Source: the human T2T-CHM13v2.0 reference genome, Homo sapiens
NCBI RefSeq assembly: GCF_009914755.1
Contig: NC_060928.1
Length of the DNA stretch: 64,000 nt
Reading direction: 5' to 3' (one strand)
Part shown: piece by piece, positions 24,864 through 39,489 of the stretch
How the letters are laid out: every line of letters starts with the position of its first letter
How positions within the stretch are numbered: the stretch's first letter is position 1
The notes under the pieces: model-generated
What the model saw: the letters and a program-made list of their open reading frames with translations, nothing else
Database searches by the model: none
What the model was told of the DNA's origin: nothing
Made by a program: the position numbers and the translations under genes

Positions 24864-25149
24864 TGTGTTTAAAGACAACAGCCTGAGGGCAAAAATAATA
24901 GTAATAATAATCTTCTGTCTGCTTGCCAAATCTTATTACTGTCAAAATTTGAATGGAGTAAGAAGCCCAATTATTCACTTATGATAGATTACAGGATGCA
25001 AAGCAGAAAATTACCTAATTTTTTACCTTAATTCATTGCATTTAATGATTCCTGTAGGAGAAGAACAAAAGATAAAAAAAGTATTGCCTACCTGTTATGT
25101 CAATCCATTTTCTAAACACTTTACAATTATATGCTTCACTAGTCAATGG
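24864..25149 (+). repeat. Ancient diverged direct duplication B, copy 2
   Basis: Colinear with 22687-22955. Confidence 0.75.
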
Positions 25150-25471
25150 AGTTGAGGTTGATTTTTAAGCAACTATTTTCTTAGTTGCTAAAAATTTGTA
25201 CTGTTCTACTTATACTTTTAAAAATAGAATGTTTTATAATTTTAATAATTAAGCATATAATCACAAGTTTAATATGAGAAGGTATTCAGTAAGTTCTATT
25301 TACATTTCAGGAAAACTACATGACATAGTCTTCAAGTTACAAAATCAAGCCACCAAGTCTTTCTTCATCAAAGAGTGTCTTTATTACAGGGTCTATCTTG
25401 AGCTGGAGGAAATAAAATGATAATAATGAAACCCATCTTTTAAGGCTGCCTGAGACCCAAGAGATACATCT

Positions 25472-25833
25472 TGTATTAGTCTGTTCTCATGCTGCTAATA
25501 AAGACATGCATGAGACTAGATAATTTATAAAAGAATGAGGCTTAATTGACTCATAGTTCCATATGGATGGGGAGGCCTCACAATCATGGCAGAAGACTAA
25601 TTAAGAACAAATTTACATTGTACATGGCAGTAGGCAATGAGAGCTGGTGTAAGGAAAGGGCTTTTGTAAAACCATCAGATCTCCTGAGATTTATTCACTA
25701 TCATGAGAACATCATGGGAAAGACACATCCCCCATGATTTAATTACCACTCATGAGGTTTCTCCCACACGTTGGAAATATGGGAACTATAATTCAAGATA
25801 AGATTTGGGTGGGGACACAGCCAAACCATATCA
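25472..25833 (-). mobile_element. THE1 (B/C-like) MaLR solo LTR
   Basis: tgtattagtctgttctcatgctgctaataaagac ... gatttgggtggggacacagccaaaccatatca, ~360 bp. Confidence 0.93.
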
Positions 25834-26258
25834 CCTGCCCTCTTAGAGGAAAATGTGGTTTCACAGTTTCCTGAAATACTCTGAGGTCATGCTTCTTTCT
25901 CTTACTCAATAGAAACCACAGGCAGAGTCATTACTGCAAGTATTCAGGGCATACTGAATATTCTGTATTGCTATTTAATTATGTAAACAAACTTTTATAC
26001 TACAAATGTACTTTTTAAAGGGGACATTTGAATCTTACTTTGTTAATTAAAACATTTTAGGAAAGGTAAAAATGCTAATAATTTCTGAATTTGTGAATTT
26101 GCATGTAAATCATCTTTTGCTACAGCATAAAATATTTGGTTTGTAAGCCCTCCCCACCCTTCACCTCACCAATTAATTCATTTCATATTCTATCCATCTT
26201 TTGCGGTTTTCTTGAGTCTAATATGAGTATTATGAAGAACAATTGTTTTGCTTCATTT

Positions 26259-26736
26259 TGTAAACCAAAAGGTACTGAGACAGGCCTCAATCAATTCAAA
26301 AGTTCACTTTGTCAAGGTTAAAGACATGCCCAGAAGAAAAACATATATGAGATCACAAAAACAGTCTGTGATCTGTGCTCTTCTTCAAAGAAAATTTTGA
26401 AGGCTTCAGTACTTAAAGGGGAAAAGCTGGCTGGAAGGGAAAGAGAGAAGGTATGGTAATCCACATGTTGCAAAGGAAAAGGAGCTAGTAGAGATGTAGT
26501 TAATTCTGTATTCCTTGTCTGGAGCTCAGTAAACTGAAACTTTACATTAAGGTGACGTGAGCATAGAGTAGCTACCTGTGGATATATTTACCCTTTTATC
26601 TGTAGCTATCTGCTTAGGAACAAAAGAAAAGGCAGTTTCTTGCATGACTCGGCTTTCAGCTTAATTTGTTTTCATTTTTGGGAGAGAAAATTGGGGTCCC
26701 AAAATTGAGGTCCTAAGTTTTTATTTGTCTTTCATA
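26259..26736 (-). mobile_element. ERV1 solo LTR (MER4A1-like)
   Basis: Termini tgtaaaccaaaa...ctttcata, internal 'gagtagctacctgtgg...ttcttgcatgactc', and a 4-bp TSD attt at 26255-26258 and 26737-26740. Confidence 0.85.
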
Positions 26737-27293
26737 ATTTATATTCATTTAAACATATAGCTGTTGTCATGCTGATAAGATCATTTAATTTTTCCCTTTT
26801 GAGTTTCTTTAAGTGATTTTCTTATTTACACACCTACTGGCTTATCTCACTTATTTTCCTTCTCACAATTTCCCTGTTTCATTTATACTTGATTTTCTAG
26901 TACATTTTTGAGAACACCCAAACTGTAGGTTCATAAAATATAAGAAGCCTAATTATGAGAATAACAAAATGGTAGTTACTTTCTCTTTTACGCTTATTAC
27001 TTTGTATGTTTAAAATTTTTATTAGAAGATCATATAACAATGACTCAAAGCCTACAAGTGAGTACAGCAGGATAAATAGCCTTAAAATCATTACAGAAGT
27101 AGAAAAGGTATTGGAATTCTCAATTATTTATGGGGAAAAAATATCAAGGATATATGGTGACCTGAGCTTTAAATATAACCAAATATGGGTAGCATGTCAT
27201 ATATATGAGAGAGAGATTAGTTTCTTCCGTGGAAACATAAGAAATTCTGAGACCTTATAGCAATATAAACATAGATTCATTTAACAAATATAT

Positions 27294-27659
27294 TGTATTA
27301 TTTCATTCTTACACTGCTATAAAGGTACTACCTGAGACTAGGTAATTTATAAAGGAAAGAGGTTTAATTGACTCACAGTTCCACATGGCTTTAGAGACTT
27401 AGGAAACTTACAATCATGGCAGAAGGTGAAGGGGAAGCAAGCAGCTTTTTCACAGGGCAGTAGGAGAGAGAAAGAGAGCAGGAAAATCTGCCACTTATAA
27501 AACCACCATATCTCGTGAGAACTCACTCACTATCATGAGACTAGCATGGGGGAAACTGCCCCCATGATCCAATCACCTCCCACTAGGTCCCTCCCTCAAC
27601 ACGTGTGGGGATTACAATTTGAGATGAGATTTGGATGAGGACACAATCAAACCATATCA
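27294..27659 (-). mobile_element. THE1D-like MaLR solo LTR
   Basis: tgtatta...cactgctataaag...aaaccatatca. Near-TSD tatat/tatct. Confidence 0.92.
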
Positions 27660-30299
27660 TATCTAGAAATAGAATTATAGACATCTCAAATTTAAATCAA
27701 CTGATACTAAAACTAGTAACTCTCTCTAACATCAAGGTCAATCACTTTGGACAATTATATGTCATATTTTCTTTGAAGGAGAGTTGAAATAGATAAAATA
27801 GAAGTACCTCTGTAAACCTTATATGTTAACCTAGAGAGTTAAAGATTCCTGGTGAAATTGTTTTACTTGACAGATATGAATAGAAAAAGAAAGAACCAAA
27901 ATGCAGCATACAACTTGATGTATGAGGGTATGAAAAGTGGAATTTGATTTTTGAGGATTTGTTTACAGGCTTACTCAGACTACTTTAAACATCAAATAGT
28001 GTGCTAGTTCTTTCTTTCTATCTAATATCTCACAGATTTATTTGGAAATCATGAAGGTAAGGAAAATTTTCGTCATGCATTATGTTGTGGGTATGATCAT
28101 ACTTACCATGGCTTAGGGACATTTTCTCATGTTCCACATGACAAGGTCCACAACAGGGCCCAGATATGCAAGGATGCATAAAGCAATATAAGTCATCTCA
28201 GAATAAGCTGAAAATTCTCTAGTGGTCAACAATATGTTCAAACTTGCAATATTTTTATTTCACATTTTAACAAATCAAATTTTAAAATAATAATTTAATA
28301 TTAGTTTTATATTGATTAATAATGCTTATATAAATAACTCTTAACATACTTTACAGTATACGTAAGTATAACAGTAATATTTTCCTCACTTTCTCTTCTC
28401 TCATCTGACTTTGAAATGCTTTGCTACTAAATAACCTGAAGTAGTTAACACACTATACCCTGAGAGGCCTTCCATATCTGTAGCAAAATGCTGTTGTTCC
28501 TTCAGTGCCACATCTGATTGGAGAACCCACAAGTGCACCGTAGAAGATAGCTTATCATTTCTGCAAGAGCTATTGAAACATGAAACTAAATCCCTGCTTG
28601 CAAAAATTGACCTTGGTGTGTCCCTGAATTCTAGCAGATTGAAAATAATGTCTTTTGTAAAATGTATTATAAGCTGGGTTTGAGGTCAGAAAATGAGGAA
28701 ATGGAATAAAGCAGTAAATCATATTTCAAGAAGAAGCAAATGGTTTTACACTTGGAGCTAATATTCCTTTGATTTATAAAAACTATAAAATAGAGTAATC
28801 ATAATAAAAAAATTGAATGTGAAAGTAGCAAAAATTTAGTTATCCTAATGTACGACTCAATGCTGGTCTATTGCTTAATGAGTATTAAAAATAAACAACA
28901 AAAAAAGGTGAACTAGAGATAACATATCACAAAATTTTATAAAATTCAGTTGATAAAAACCAAGTTTTTAATGGCACATACAATATTTTATCAAGTTTTG
29001 GAGATGCTAATTTTAACTGCTTCTTTTATTGATTTATTAAATAGAATTACGATTTCTGGTATGCTTGTCTATTTAATACATCAAGTATATTTGTGAGTCC
29101 CACCAAGTAGATTCAACACCTGCACGTACTTCCTAGCAGTGCACTTTTTCAAAGTCAAAGCAGACAATTGCAAATACAACTAATTATCTCATAAATACAA
29201 AATAGCATAGGTCAATCAATTAAAATCAGGTTATTATTCCTGTATTAGTACAGAAAAATTATTTTGCATGCAAGAGATAAATTTTCCAGGCAATTTGTGA
29301 AACTTAATGAAACAAATTGTACCTCATATACATGAACACAAAGCTGTTCAGCTTTCTTTATGTAAAACAAAAAAGTATTGGTTCATTAATTCATGACTAT
29401 TTCTTTTTATAAGCAATAGAAATCCTACAATTTATCCCTTCAAATCTATGTTTTATTTCTTATTTCTAAAGCTTGTATTATTATAAACATTAGATTAAAC
29501 TCTTCTATGTCCTGGGGGAAATAATGCAATAAGTATATTACATGAGCATGGATAATTACCTCTCCCCCACCTAATGTGCTTAGAAGCAAACTGCCATCTT
29601 GATGGCAGAGATGGAGAAAGAAAACTCACTGAAACCAAGATTTAATGGGTGGATATGAAAAAGAACCTTTCTTCTTGCTAACTCACGCTTCTGCTATGTA
29701 GTAAGTGTTGGTAGTGTAGGAACAACAACAACAAAATACTCTAACATTTTGTGTATAGCTAAGCCTAGATTTCATTCAGGTAGGAGAAAATTGCAGTTTG
29801 ATGGAAGTTATTTTTACGAGAAAAAAGCTTATATTTTCCTGAAATGAAATGTCTTCATACTAATCTGAGACACGAACAAACAAACTAACTAACAAAAATA
29901 TAGTGTAAGTGGCAAAGCAGACAGTAAATACTTGGTGGAATAGCCATGAGAGATTTCCAAAGTAGGGGCTAGTACCTCCAACTTTCCTCCAGCATCATAT
30001 ATATTTTGTTGCTAGCTATGATGCAAACAAAAATGTCGAGCATTTGAAATATGAACACCAAAAATTCTTGATAAAATATTTATTATTAAATAAAGGATTC
30101 TGGAAAGTTGGCAATTCAAAAATGGTTTTTCATTATTTCTCTGAAAATGGAAATCTTTCTGCTTCTCCTGAATCAAGTTGTGGTTGGATTTTATGGGGGG
30201 ACAGAGTGTAAATGATGTATTTGACTTTATTTAGTCAAGAAAAATAGATTTGATGTGGTTTTTGTACAATATGGACTGTGTAAATATCTGTATCAAGGA

Positions 30300-30455
30300 A
30301 CATGGAGGTCAGACACCAGATATCTGGGTCCTCTTGGTAGAATGACCATATGACCACTTGACTGTGTCTGTTCTTCTTGGCCTTCACAAAGCTATGAAAT
30401 AAAGGTGAAAAGGTGATTTCGGTGTCTTCAATCTCCAAAGCTGAAGATTTGTGGA
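30300..30455 (+). mobile_element. Diverged MIR/MIR3-like SINE
   Basis: 'ggaggtcagacaccaga..ctgggtcc...tgaccactt', with a MIR3-like 3' end. Confidence 0.4.
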
Positions 30456-30804
30456 ATGGCAGAAGAAATTATGATGAAAGTTTGCTATGAAATTCTATAG
30501 AACTACTAAAATAAAATCCTGACAGTTGACTTGAAGTTATTTGCAATAGGTATTGATGACTAAGAAGATAAAATGCAGTGAAGTGTGTTTATTAAAATAT
30601 CAGTTTGGGAAAACAATAACCTCAATTTTCTTACATACATATATCTGTGTTTATTCATATTTATGTACATTTTTGATATTGTACACTCATGAATAAAAGG
30701 TTGAAAAATATATTTCAGAATATATTTCAAACCTTAATATTTTTTTTTATGAAGGAGTGTGTGAGTGAATAAGAGTGTGTATAAGAAGAAGAAAGACAGC
30801 ACAT

Positions 30805-31083
30805 GCGGTGACTCACACCTGTAATCCCAGCACTTTGGGAGGCTGAGGCAGGGAGATCACGAGGTCAGGAGACCAAGACCATCCTGGCTAATTCGGTGAA
30901 ACCCCGTCTCTACTAAAAATATAAAAAATTAGCCAGGTGTGGTGGCATGTGTCTGTAGTCCCAGCTACTTGGGAGGCTGAGGCAGGACAATCGTTTGAAC
31001 CTGGGAGGGGTGGAGGTTACAGTGAGCTGAGATCGCACCAGTGCACTCCAGCCTGGGCAACAGAGTGAGACTGCCTCAAAAAA

Positions 31084-31124
<41 letters not shown>
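30805..31124 (+). mobile_element. AluS (Sc-like), slightly 5'-truncated, with a long A/GAAAA tail
   Basis: 'gatcacgaggtcaggag..aagaccatcctggctaa'. TSD aaag(a/g)cagca(c/t)at at 30792-30804 and 31125-31137. Confidence 0.95.
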
Positions 31125-31127
<3 letters not shown>

Positions 31128-34100
31128 GGCAGCATATATCCAGTTAATACAGAAAATTAAAGGAAGGCAATGTAATACAAGTTACAAATTCCTGCACCTA
31201 TGCAATCCAACTCTTTTGTATGGATGTGAAACTATATTTTTAACATATCCTTCAGGGAATCTTGTGCATAGCAAAGATGTATAAACTGTTCCATATTAAA
31301 AATATTAGGACAGAAAAAAATTATAATTGTGACTTTAAATCTGCTCCCATTTCTAGGGAACGTGTTCAATTATTCTAGAGGATAAATCAATTTCTCCTCA
31401 CTATAATGTTTCCAAAATGAAGACATCATTTGGTTATCAGATAAATTAATGAATGTACATTTTCGGCTTCTTCTGTTCAATTTTGAGATCCAGAAAAAAT
31501 GGCACTTGAAAATATATTTGTACACCTCAACATAAACATATGTTATCTAGATTGTGACTAAAATCTTCCTAACAAATTTCTCTGCTGATAGAATGAAATT
31601 TAAGAAAACGGTTGATTTACTTATTGAACATTAATTAATTAATTCATATCCTTGTTTCCACTTATTTATTCATTAATATATCTGCTAATTTTACAAGAGC
31701 ATGTAGATGTTTAACTATAATACATACAAAAAACCCACAAAAATAAGACTATAATTTTAATTATTTAAACAAAAATATTGTAAGCCCAAATGCTGTCTTT
31801 GTAAGAATGTAAGAATAGTAATTCTTACAGAATTACTATTATCACCATTTGACTGTCTTCCATAAGCCCTCTGGGAACACAGGGACACAGGAGTAAGGTA
31901 AATACTAATTAACAGTTCATTGTATTCAGTACATCAAACTCCTACCTCCATAATCCTTAGAATCTTTTGTGTTCAGCTTTTGAAGCAACCACATTCTTTA
32001 CTGTCTTAGAAATTCCACATTTCAAAATTGTCTTTTTTTTTCCTGAAATTTCAGAGGAGCAAACTAATTTTACTGTTTCAATGGCAAGTTTCTCTCAATG
32101 CAAGAGAGATGGAATGAAGAGAAATTCACTTAATAGTGAGGCTAGAAATTCAAAAAGTTTCTCTTCAACTAATACTCTAATTTGATAGTGCCCACTGGTC
32201 ATCTGCAATCACCACATGCAGTAAGGGTAAATGTTCTTTAAAGTAATTTTCCTGTCTTGTAACTTCACTGAATTGATTACACAAAGAACAAACATTGTCA
32301 TTTCTGTTATAATCCTTTCTTTAATATACATTAAATCCTAGTGCCTAACACCTTCTAGAAAATAATAGCATTGTCTTTCTTACATACAACCTGTACATTT
32401 AGAAACACAGTTTTGGACCACTAGAGATAAGTGCTGCCTAGCATATTTATCCAACCATTTTAGTTTAACCTCTTTCTTATCATATAGAACTTGATATAAT
32501 TCTTAAAATAAGAGTAGTACTTTTGCAAAAAAAAAAAATCCCCAAAATTATACAATTGATTTTTGATTCTACATGCTATTTTTGTGACATAACAATAACT
32601 TACAGGGTTCTATTTTTTCTACACTCTTAACCAATATTACTATTTGAATTAAGGAAATGTCTATGCCATAGTGATAATTGTCTAAATTTCTAAAGATAAA
32701 TTTAAATGATGCAGCGACTTGGTAAGGTATTGTTTCATACACAAAATAATCAGCATTTTTTTAAAGAAAATTGGAAATCACCAGCTACTTGCTATGATCA
32801 CTCACCTTTCTTCCTAAGCGCTTTCTCTGTTTGCTGAACACAATTGGTTAAAAAAAAAAAAACAGAACTCAGTGAACAGATTAGATCTTACCTACACATG
32901 TAGTCTTTAGTGTAGTTTTTAATTATCCAAAACTGTTAAAAATCTAAAAGAAAAAAACAACTGAAGTGAAGAAATGTTAATTGTTAAATAACAATAAAGT
33001 GATTTGCCATTGGGGCAGTCTCCTTCACTGCACAACAAAACTCTTAAAGTATGTCTAATACATTTTAAAAATTCATTAGCTTTTTGAAGATACTAGATAC
33101 TTAGCAAATAATTCTACTTGTCTAAAGAATAACTATAATCTGAAAGAGATATAATCACTTTAAAAGGTCTTTAATTATTGTAGAAATGTGTTCATAAACT
33201 GCTGGAAGCCACATAAGAAAGCCATTCTATGTCTTAAGCTGTGCTTATGCTGTCATCAAACAAATGATTATAATATATAATTTTCATTAGGTTCCAGAGG
33301 CAACAAAAGATGTGTTGAACATGACATTAAAAACTGATTTTTATCTAAAATATTTTGCAAAATGAATATTTAGCTACCTAGTTGGGGAAAGTAAAATATA
33401 ATAGGCTGTTAAAACTAAATCATTTTATAAATCTCTTGTGAGTTATTCACATGTTTGAAATTTATTTCCTATGTTATCTAGGACATTATAAATGAGAACT
33501 TACTTAGTTGCATTGCAATTATTTGGTTAGGTGTCAATCTTCTCTAATAAAGTATGAGCTATGTTGGAGCAAGACATATGTCCTAATTATTTTTTATATG
33601 CAAATAAATTCCTATAAAGAAAGGAAAACCCTGGGGAAAAAAACTAATATTTGCTGAATATAATCTGTTTCTCCAGTGTACTGAACCCATAAGATAGTAA
33701 CTCACTTTATTTTTACAGTACTGCTATGTTACAATGTTGTTATCACCATAATATAGAGACATTATGTAATCTGTCCAGTATTAATGAAAGTGTATACATT
33801 GCACAGAACTTTTTAAATTTATATATTTTTACAATTCTGGGTGCCACATTTAAAGTACAAAGCTTACAAATTAAGACAGCATCCAGGGAACAATAAAGAG
33901 GATGGTTAGTGGTTTGAGAGTGAGAATACATGGCATATGTTTATCCAGAAAGTAGGAAGATTGGTGCAATTTGCCACGTTAGAAAGTTAAATCACTTGAA
34001 GGTCTAGCATGTAGAGGTTGTCTATTTGCCTTCTGATGTCTGTGCAGATTGGACTATATAATCAGTAAGGATTAAAAATCAGAGATATTTCAAAACGTAA

Positions 34101-34139
34101 AAGTTTTATTCCAACTAGTAGTGTCATCCATCCGTGTGA

Positions 34140-34300
34140 TACCCTGCTACAGGAAGTATTCTAGTTCCCTTCAGCAGAATTATTCAAGCAAAGCCTAAAT
34201 GGGCATCTGTCAGACACAGAATAAAAGACACATTTCATCAACTGAGAATTGAACTGAATGTCCTATATGGCCCTTTTCAGCCACAACAATTTGTGATTTT
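34140..34300 (+). mobile_element. CR1/L3 3'-end remnant
   Basis: 'ttcaagcaaagcctaaatgggcatctgtcag...ttgaactgaatgtcc...ggcccttttcagcc...ttgtgatt' resembles the L3/CR1 terminus. Confidence 0.5.
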
Positions 34301-34415
34301 ATGATAATCTTCCAAATCCAAAATAATTACTATGACCACAACATATTTCAAACTCTTTCAGAAGTTGAAATTGAGCACAATTATTTATAGGATTATAAAT
34401 AATTATGAGTTAGAA

Positions 34416-34642
34416 CAGGGGTCAGCAAACTTTTTCTCCAAAGGACTAATAGTACATGTATTAGGCTTTGCAGCCTGTACAGTTTCTGTCACTAGTGCTC
34501 AAAGTGGCATTGGAAAGGAACCATAGAAAATAGGTAAAGGAATGAGCATAAATAGGCATGGCTGTGCTCCAATAAAACTGCACATTTAAACACAGGCAGC
34601 CGACTGGCTTTGGCTCCATGGGCCATATTTTGCTGACTCCTG
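34416..34642. mobile_element. MER58A hAT-Charlie MITE
   Basis: TIRs caggggtcagcaaac...tttgctgactcctg. Degenerate 8-bp TSD agttagaa/agtgagac. Confidence 0.9.
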
Positions 34643-36313
34643 AGTGAGACAGTTGCTGCAGTATGGTGCAAATTCTTCAAAACTACCTCTTAAGAAACCT
34701 TAGTTTAATCTTATCTCTACTGTCTAACATCTTGGCTAATCTGGCATGAAATGCTTATTTATATTTATGTAAGAATATTTCGATCAGAGCATCTCTAAAT
34801 TTTCTCCAGCACTAACATTTTATGATTGTGGACTAGTATTTATTTATTACAACTTGTTTATATAATTCCATCTCTTTCATCTTCTAACACTCTCTTCTAT
34901 TCACAAATAATGTTTATATATTTCTTAAGCAAATAGATTAACTGCCTCAGATTCAAATAAACAAATAAATTGTAATCCTCGGTAAGAAATAACTCAGAGT
35001 TTTGAGACACAAGATGTGTATGATGGGCACAGCCAGCGAAACTGAACATCTGGCGCAGCAATAAAATGTATGCCAGAAACAACAGGCCATGAGAACAGTG
35101 ACACATCTGGTTAAACCTACTAAGAGCTTAAAGCCAGAGAAATTTAGTCATCTGAAATAGAGCATGAAGATGCACAGCTTTTATCGGTCTCATTTTGTCA
35201 ATGCTGAGTAAGTTAGACTTCTCTTGCACACTTGCAGTTTCCTATTTGGACCTAGAAAATAAGATGGCTGCCCTCCAGGCATTCACTGGCACTATTACTT
35301 TTGATGGATTTTTGTTGCCTTGGAGATTTTTGAAAGATATAAGTGTTGAAAGGATTGATTTATACTTGACATAAAGCTAAGGTTTCTAATGTTATTCTGA
35401 CAGCATTTATGAGCACTATTTTCTTTAATAATGTCTTCATTCATTTGGAAAGAGATCACTATAGTTGCCTGAAATGGTTTCCAGCTCTTGAAACTTGTAT
35501 TATAATTTTACATTTTTGTTGAGATAGCAAGTAGACTAGCTCTCTCCCCAACTTTTAAATATGTGTCTGACTGAGTTCCACTTATTTTTTTTTATTCTCA
35601 GCTTAAATATAGCATTTTCACAATGTCCTTTCTTGGGTTCCATGGTGTAGTCCACCTAAATGTATTTGTGTACAGGCATTTAAGTGTATTTACGTATGTG
35701 TTGCATGTTTTGTTTAATAAACATGTCTCTTTCTCTGTGCCTGTATGTATGTGTGTATCTTCCACTACACTGTAAGAAAGGCTACACATTTTTTGTCATT
35801 GCATGCACAGATTTAGCATACAACTCTTGGTACTTAGCAGGCTCTTGATCAGTAATTACTTAACATGCAAAGATATGATGAAATAAATTATAATTGAATA
35901 AAGACAAAAAATATGAGATGCAATAACTTCATTTTCATATTGTTTAATGATCACTATGGAAATTACTTCTGCAATTATTTCAGTGTTCTGATCAAATCAA
36001 GGGTAAACTTGTGTAATAAACAAAACAGATTTTTTAATGCATCATTTTGTGTTCATAAAATTAAGATGTAATTTTGGGAATAAGTATCATTGTATAGTTT
36101 AAAATAATTAGAATTTGGAAGTAATAATACTGGTTTTGGGCTCCTGGCTTTCTCATTGTAAATGCTGATGGGAATTCCTTATGAAATCATATTCTTGTAC
36201 ATGCCTGCTCTTTGCACATTCCAGTTATGTGTGCATGTGCCGGTGAATGCAGGTGTTTGTGCATGTGTGTGTGTGTATTTACATGTGATGAAAGAATTTA
36301 CTTTGGTGCTTTT

Positions 36314-36601
<288 letters not shown>

Positions 36602-38334
36602 TGGAGCTTTTGATCCACTTAATTTTCCATCTCTAATTTTATAGTCCAACCCATCATCAGTGTCTGCCTCTTAAATCCTTATAGGCTCACCCTTTGGAAA
36701 ACAAGAGAAATAACAAGACATAAGAAGAGTCAAGATTTGATCTGACACTGAGTTTCTTTTCCTTGATTTTAGAAACCCCATGTAAATTGTATAATTATTG
36801 TGACAATATGACTTTGGGAGAGATAAGAGTTAATTGAGGAAAAAATGGCTGCTATATTGTGAGATAAATGAATGAAAATTTTGGACATAATTCTTCTCAA
36901 AGGTTAAGCAAAATCTTACCTACAATAACACTGTTTAGATATAGCACACCTAAACCCAAGAGGAATTTTTAAAAAAGCTATTTGAAGTCTAGGGAGGTAA
37001 TGACTAAGTCTGATTAAGTCCAATGAACATTTCAAATACCAGGTGATCACTGGGTGATGATGGAGGAAAGGTTAACCTAGAACATCTGCCCAGTATGGAG
37101 CAGAAAAGGGTAGGAGTGATATATAATGATTATATACTTTCTGTATTTAAAAGCATTTTACTTCTCTAATATCATATTCTGCAGTAATTTCCAAGTGCAT
37201 TATTTTAAAATTACTCTTTTTAGATTTATATTTTTTTTAAAGTAGCAAATGTAACAAAAAGTGTTCAGTTGATAACTGTAATGGTATTTTAAATATTAAG
37301 AATAATGTTAGCAGTAGGATTTTTTCTGTATGTTTTGGAATAATTTTAAAAGCTGATGATATTTGTGCTTTAAAAAAGTTCAGTTAGAATAATAAAGAAA
37401 GAGAATAGCACACTATTGTAAAGTACTGATTTTAATTACCCTGTGGTATTCAGGGGGCAACCATGGAACATTTTTTTAAAGAGTCTGTACACTGTAGATC
37501 CATCTTTCTTTTCCCCTCCTCATGAATGCAATATCAATTTTCTGCATTAAAAAATCAATAGTCAATGTTTTCCAAATAGTGAAGACGTTCAAACACAATT
37601 AATGATAACCTAAAAGTATAATCTGAGAAACAAACAGCAAGAAGGGTCATCTAAGCATATAAAAAAGTTCAGTCATCCCTACTGCTTATAATAGTTCTTG
37701 GGAGAAAAGCAAAACGTCCAGTAAAATGCAATTATTTTAACAAAGATATTTAATGTAATATTTTAATAATCTAAAATGTATATTATCATTTAGAGAGAGT
37801 TATGGGGAAGATACAACAAGCCACATTTCCACTATTTCTGAAATCTACTAAAAATTACATTAAATACTAGGAAAAAAGCCAAAAAGGGATCATCCAACAC
37901 ATCAAAGTAACTGTTGAAAGTTATAGATAAAGCATTTACACAAATTTCTGTAATATCCTGATTATTTTGTAAATTTTATTCAAATTTAGAAATATCTTAA
38001 CATCTACCAAATTGCCAGTCATAGGTCAATGACATAACTAATATGAGAGTTTTTTGAGCTATATAAATACTATACACATATACACGCAGCAATGAAATTT
38101 ATATTGCTACTTTGAGATACAATATGTCCTATATAGAGATACCAGAGTAATATTCCAGATGTGTCATTGTTTTTTAAAACCTGATGTTCATTGCTGTCAA
38201 GTTTTTTACTGTGGAGTTTTAAAACTTTTGTTTTTCTCATCCTAAATCACTTCAAGTTGCTGCTTTTATTACTGTTTATATAAGAACATATAAGATAATT
38301 GCTATGGCCTATCTCAAATTTTACTCATTCTATG

Positions 38335-38450
38335 AACATTTATTGAGTTCTTAAACTCAATAAACTAGGTATTGTGCTAGGTTTTGGAGTTAAACTTATA
38401 AACAAGACATGTCTTTGACCTTGAGGAGTCTACAGTCTGAGAGGGTGAAA
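38335..38450 (-). mobile_element. L2 3'-terminal fragment
   Basis: 'catttattgag...aggtattgtgctagg...aaacaagacatg..tgaccttgaggagtctacagtct'. Confidence 0.75.
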
Positions 38451-39176
38451 AAGATATATATCTATATATCTATATTTATATATAAATATATAGTCATGAA
38501 TCTGTATACATAAATGTGCTGTGTGTGTATACACACATATATAACAGAAATACAATAATCAGGCAATATAAATGCATATATAATTTAAGCAAATAGTCTG
38601 TACATAAACTTTAATTTCTACCAGAAATTTAAATAAGCTATGCTACTTAATAACTGGCACTATATAGAAAAGGTTATGAATAAATATAAAGTACATTTTC
38701 TAACATGATTGTATAACTTTGAAAAGTAAAATCATTGTCAAAACTGAGTGCTTTCCAAAAGGTTAAATAAATTGTACTGCCACTGAATTAAAGCTGTTGA
38801 AGGCTCTTAAAGGTCACCTTTCTGTATGCTTTTACTTGTTTACTAGTCATATTATTTATCAGAGAACTGTAAGATATGCTTCACAGATTGGTAAAAACAT
38901 TAAGGTATATATGGACAAGATAGTATATGTGATTTAATATTAAGATTAATATTCTCGAATTCTAATTTTCACATCAGTAAATGATCAAATAAGGACTGGC
39001 ATCAACAAAAGTTACATTTATAAAATATATATTTTAAGCTAGGGTTGAATGAAGTTATCTCACCTTACATATACATGAACACACAACCACACACTTAGTC
39101 ATCTTCTAAAAGAAATGCTCAAAGGCCAAATGGCAAGTTTCTAAAGTTTACCTTTGTGACCTATTGCCTCCCTTTT

Positions 39177-39489
<313 letters not shown>

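Noticed and set aside
30235-30440. Apparent exon or ORF after 'ttgactttatttag'
   Set aside because: The frame closes early, the peptide is unrecognisable, and the sequence is better explained as a diverged MIR
37445-37465. CTCF-like 'ttcagggggcaac'
   Set aside because: The 5' half of the CTCF core does not match
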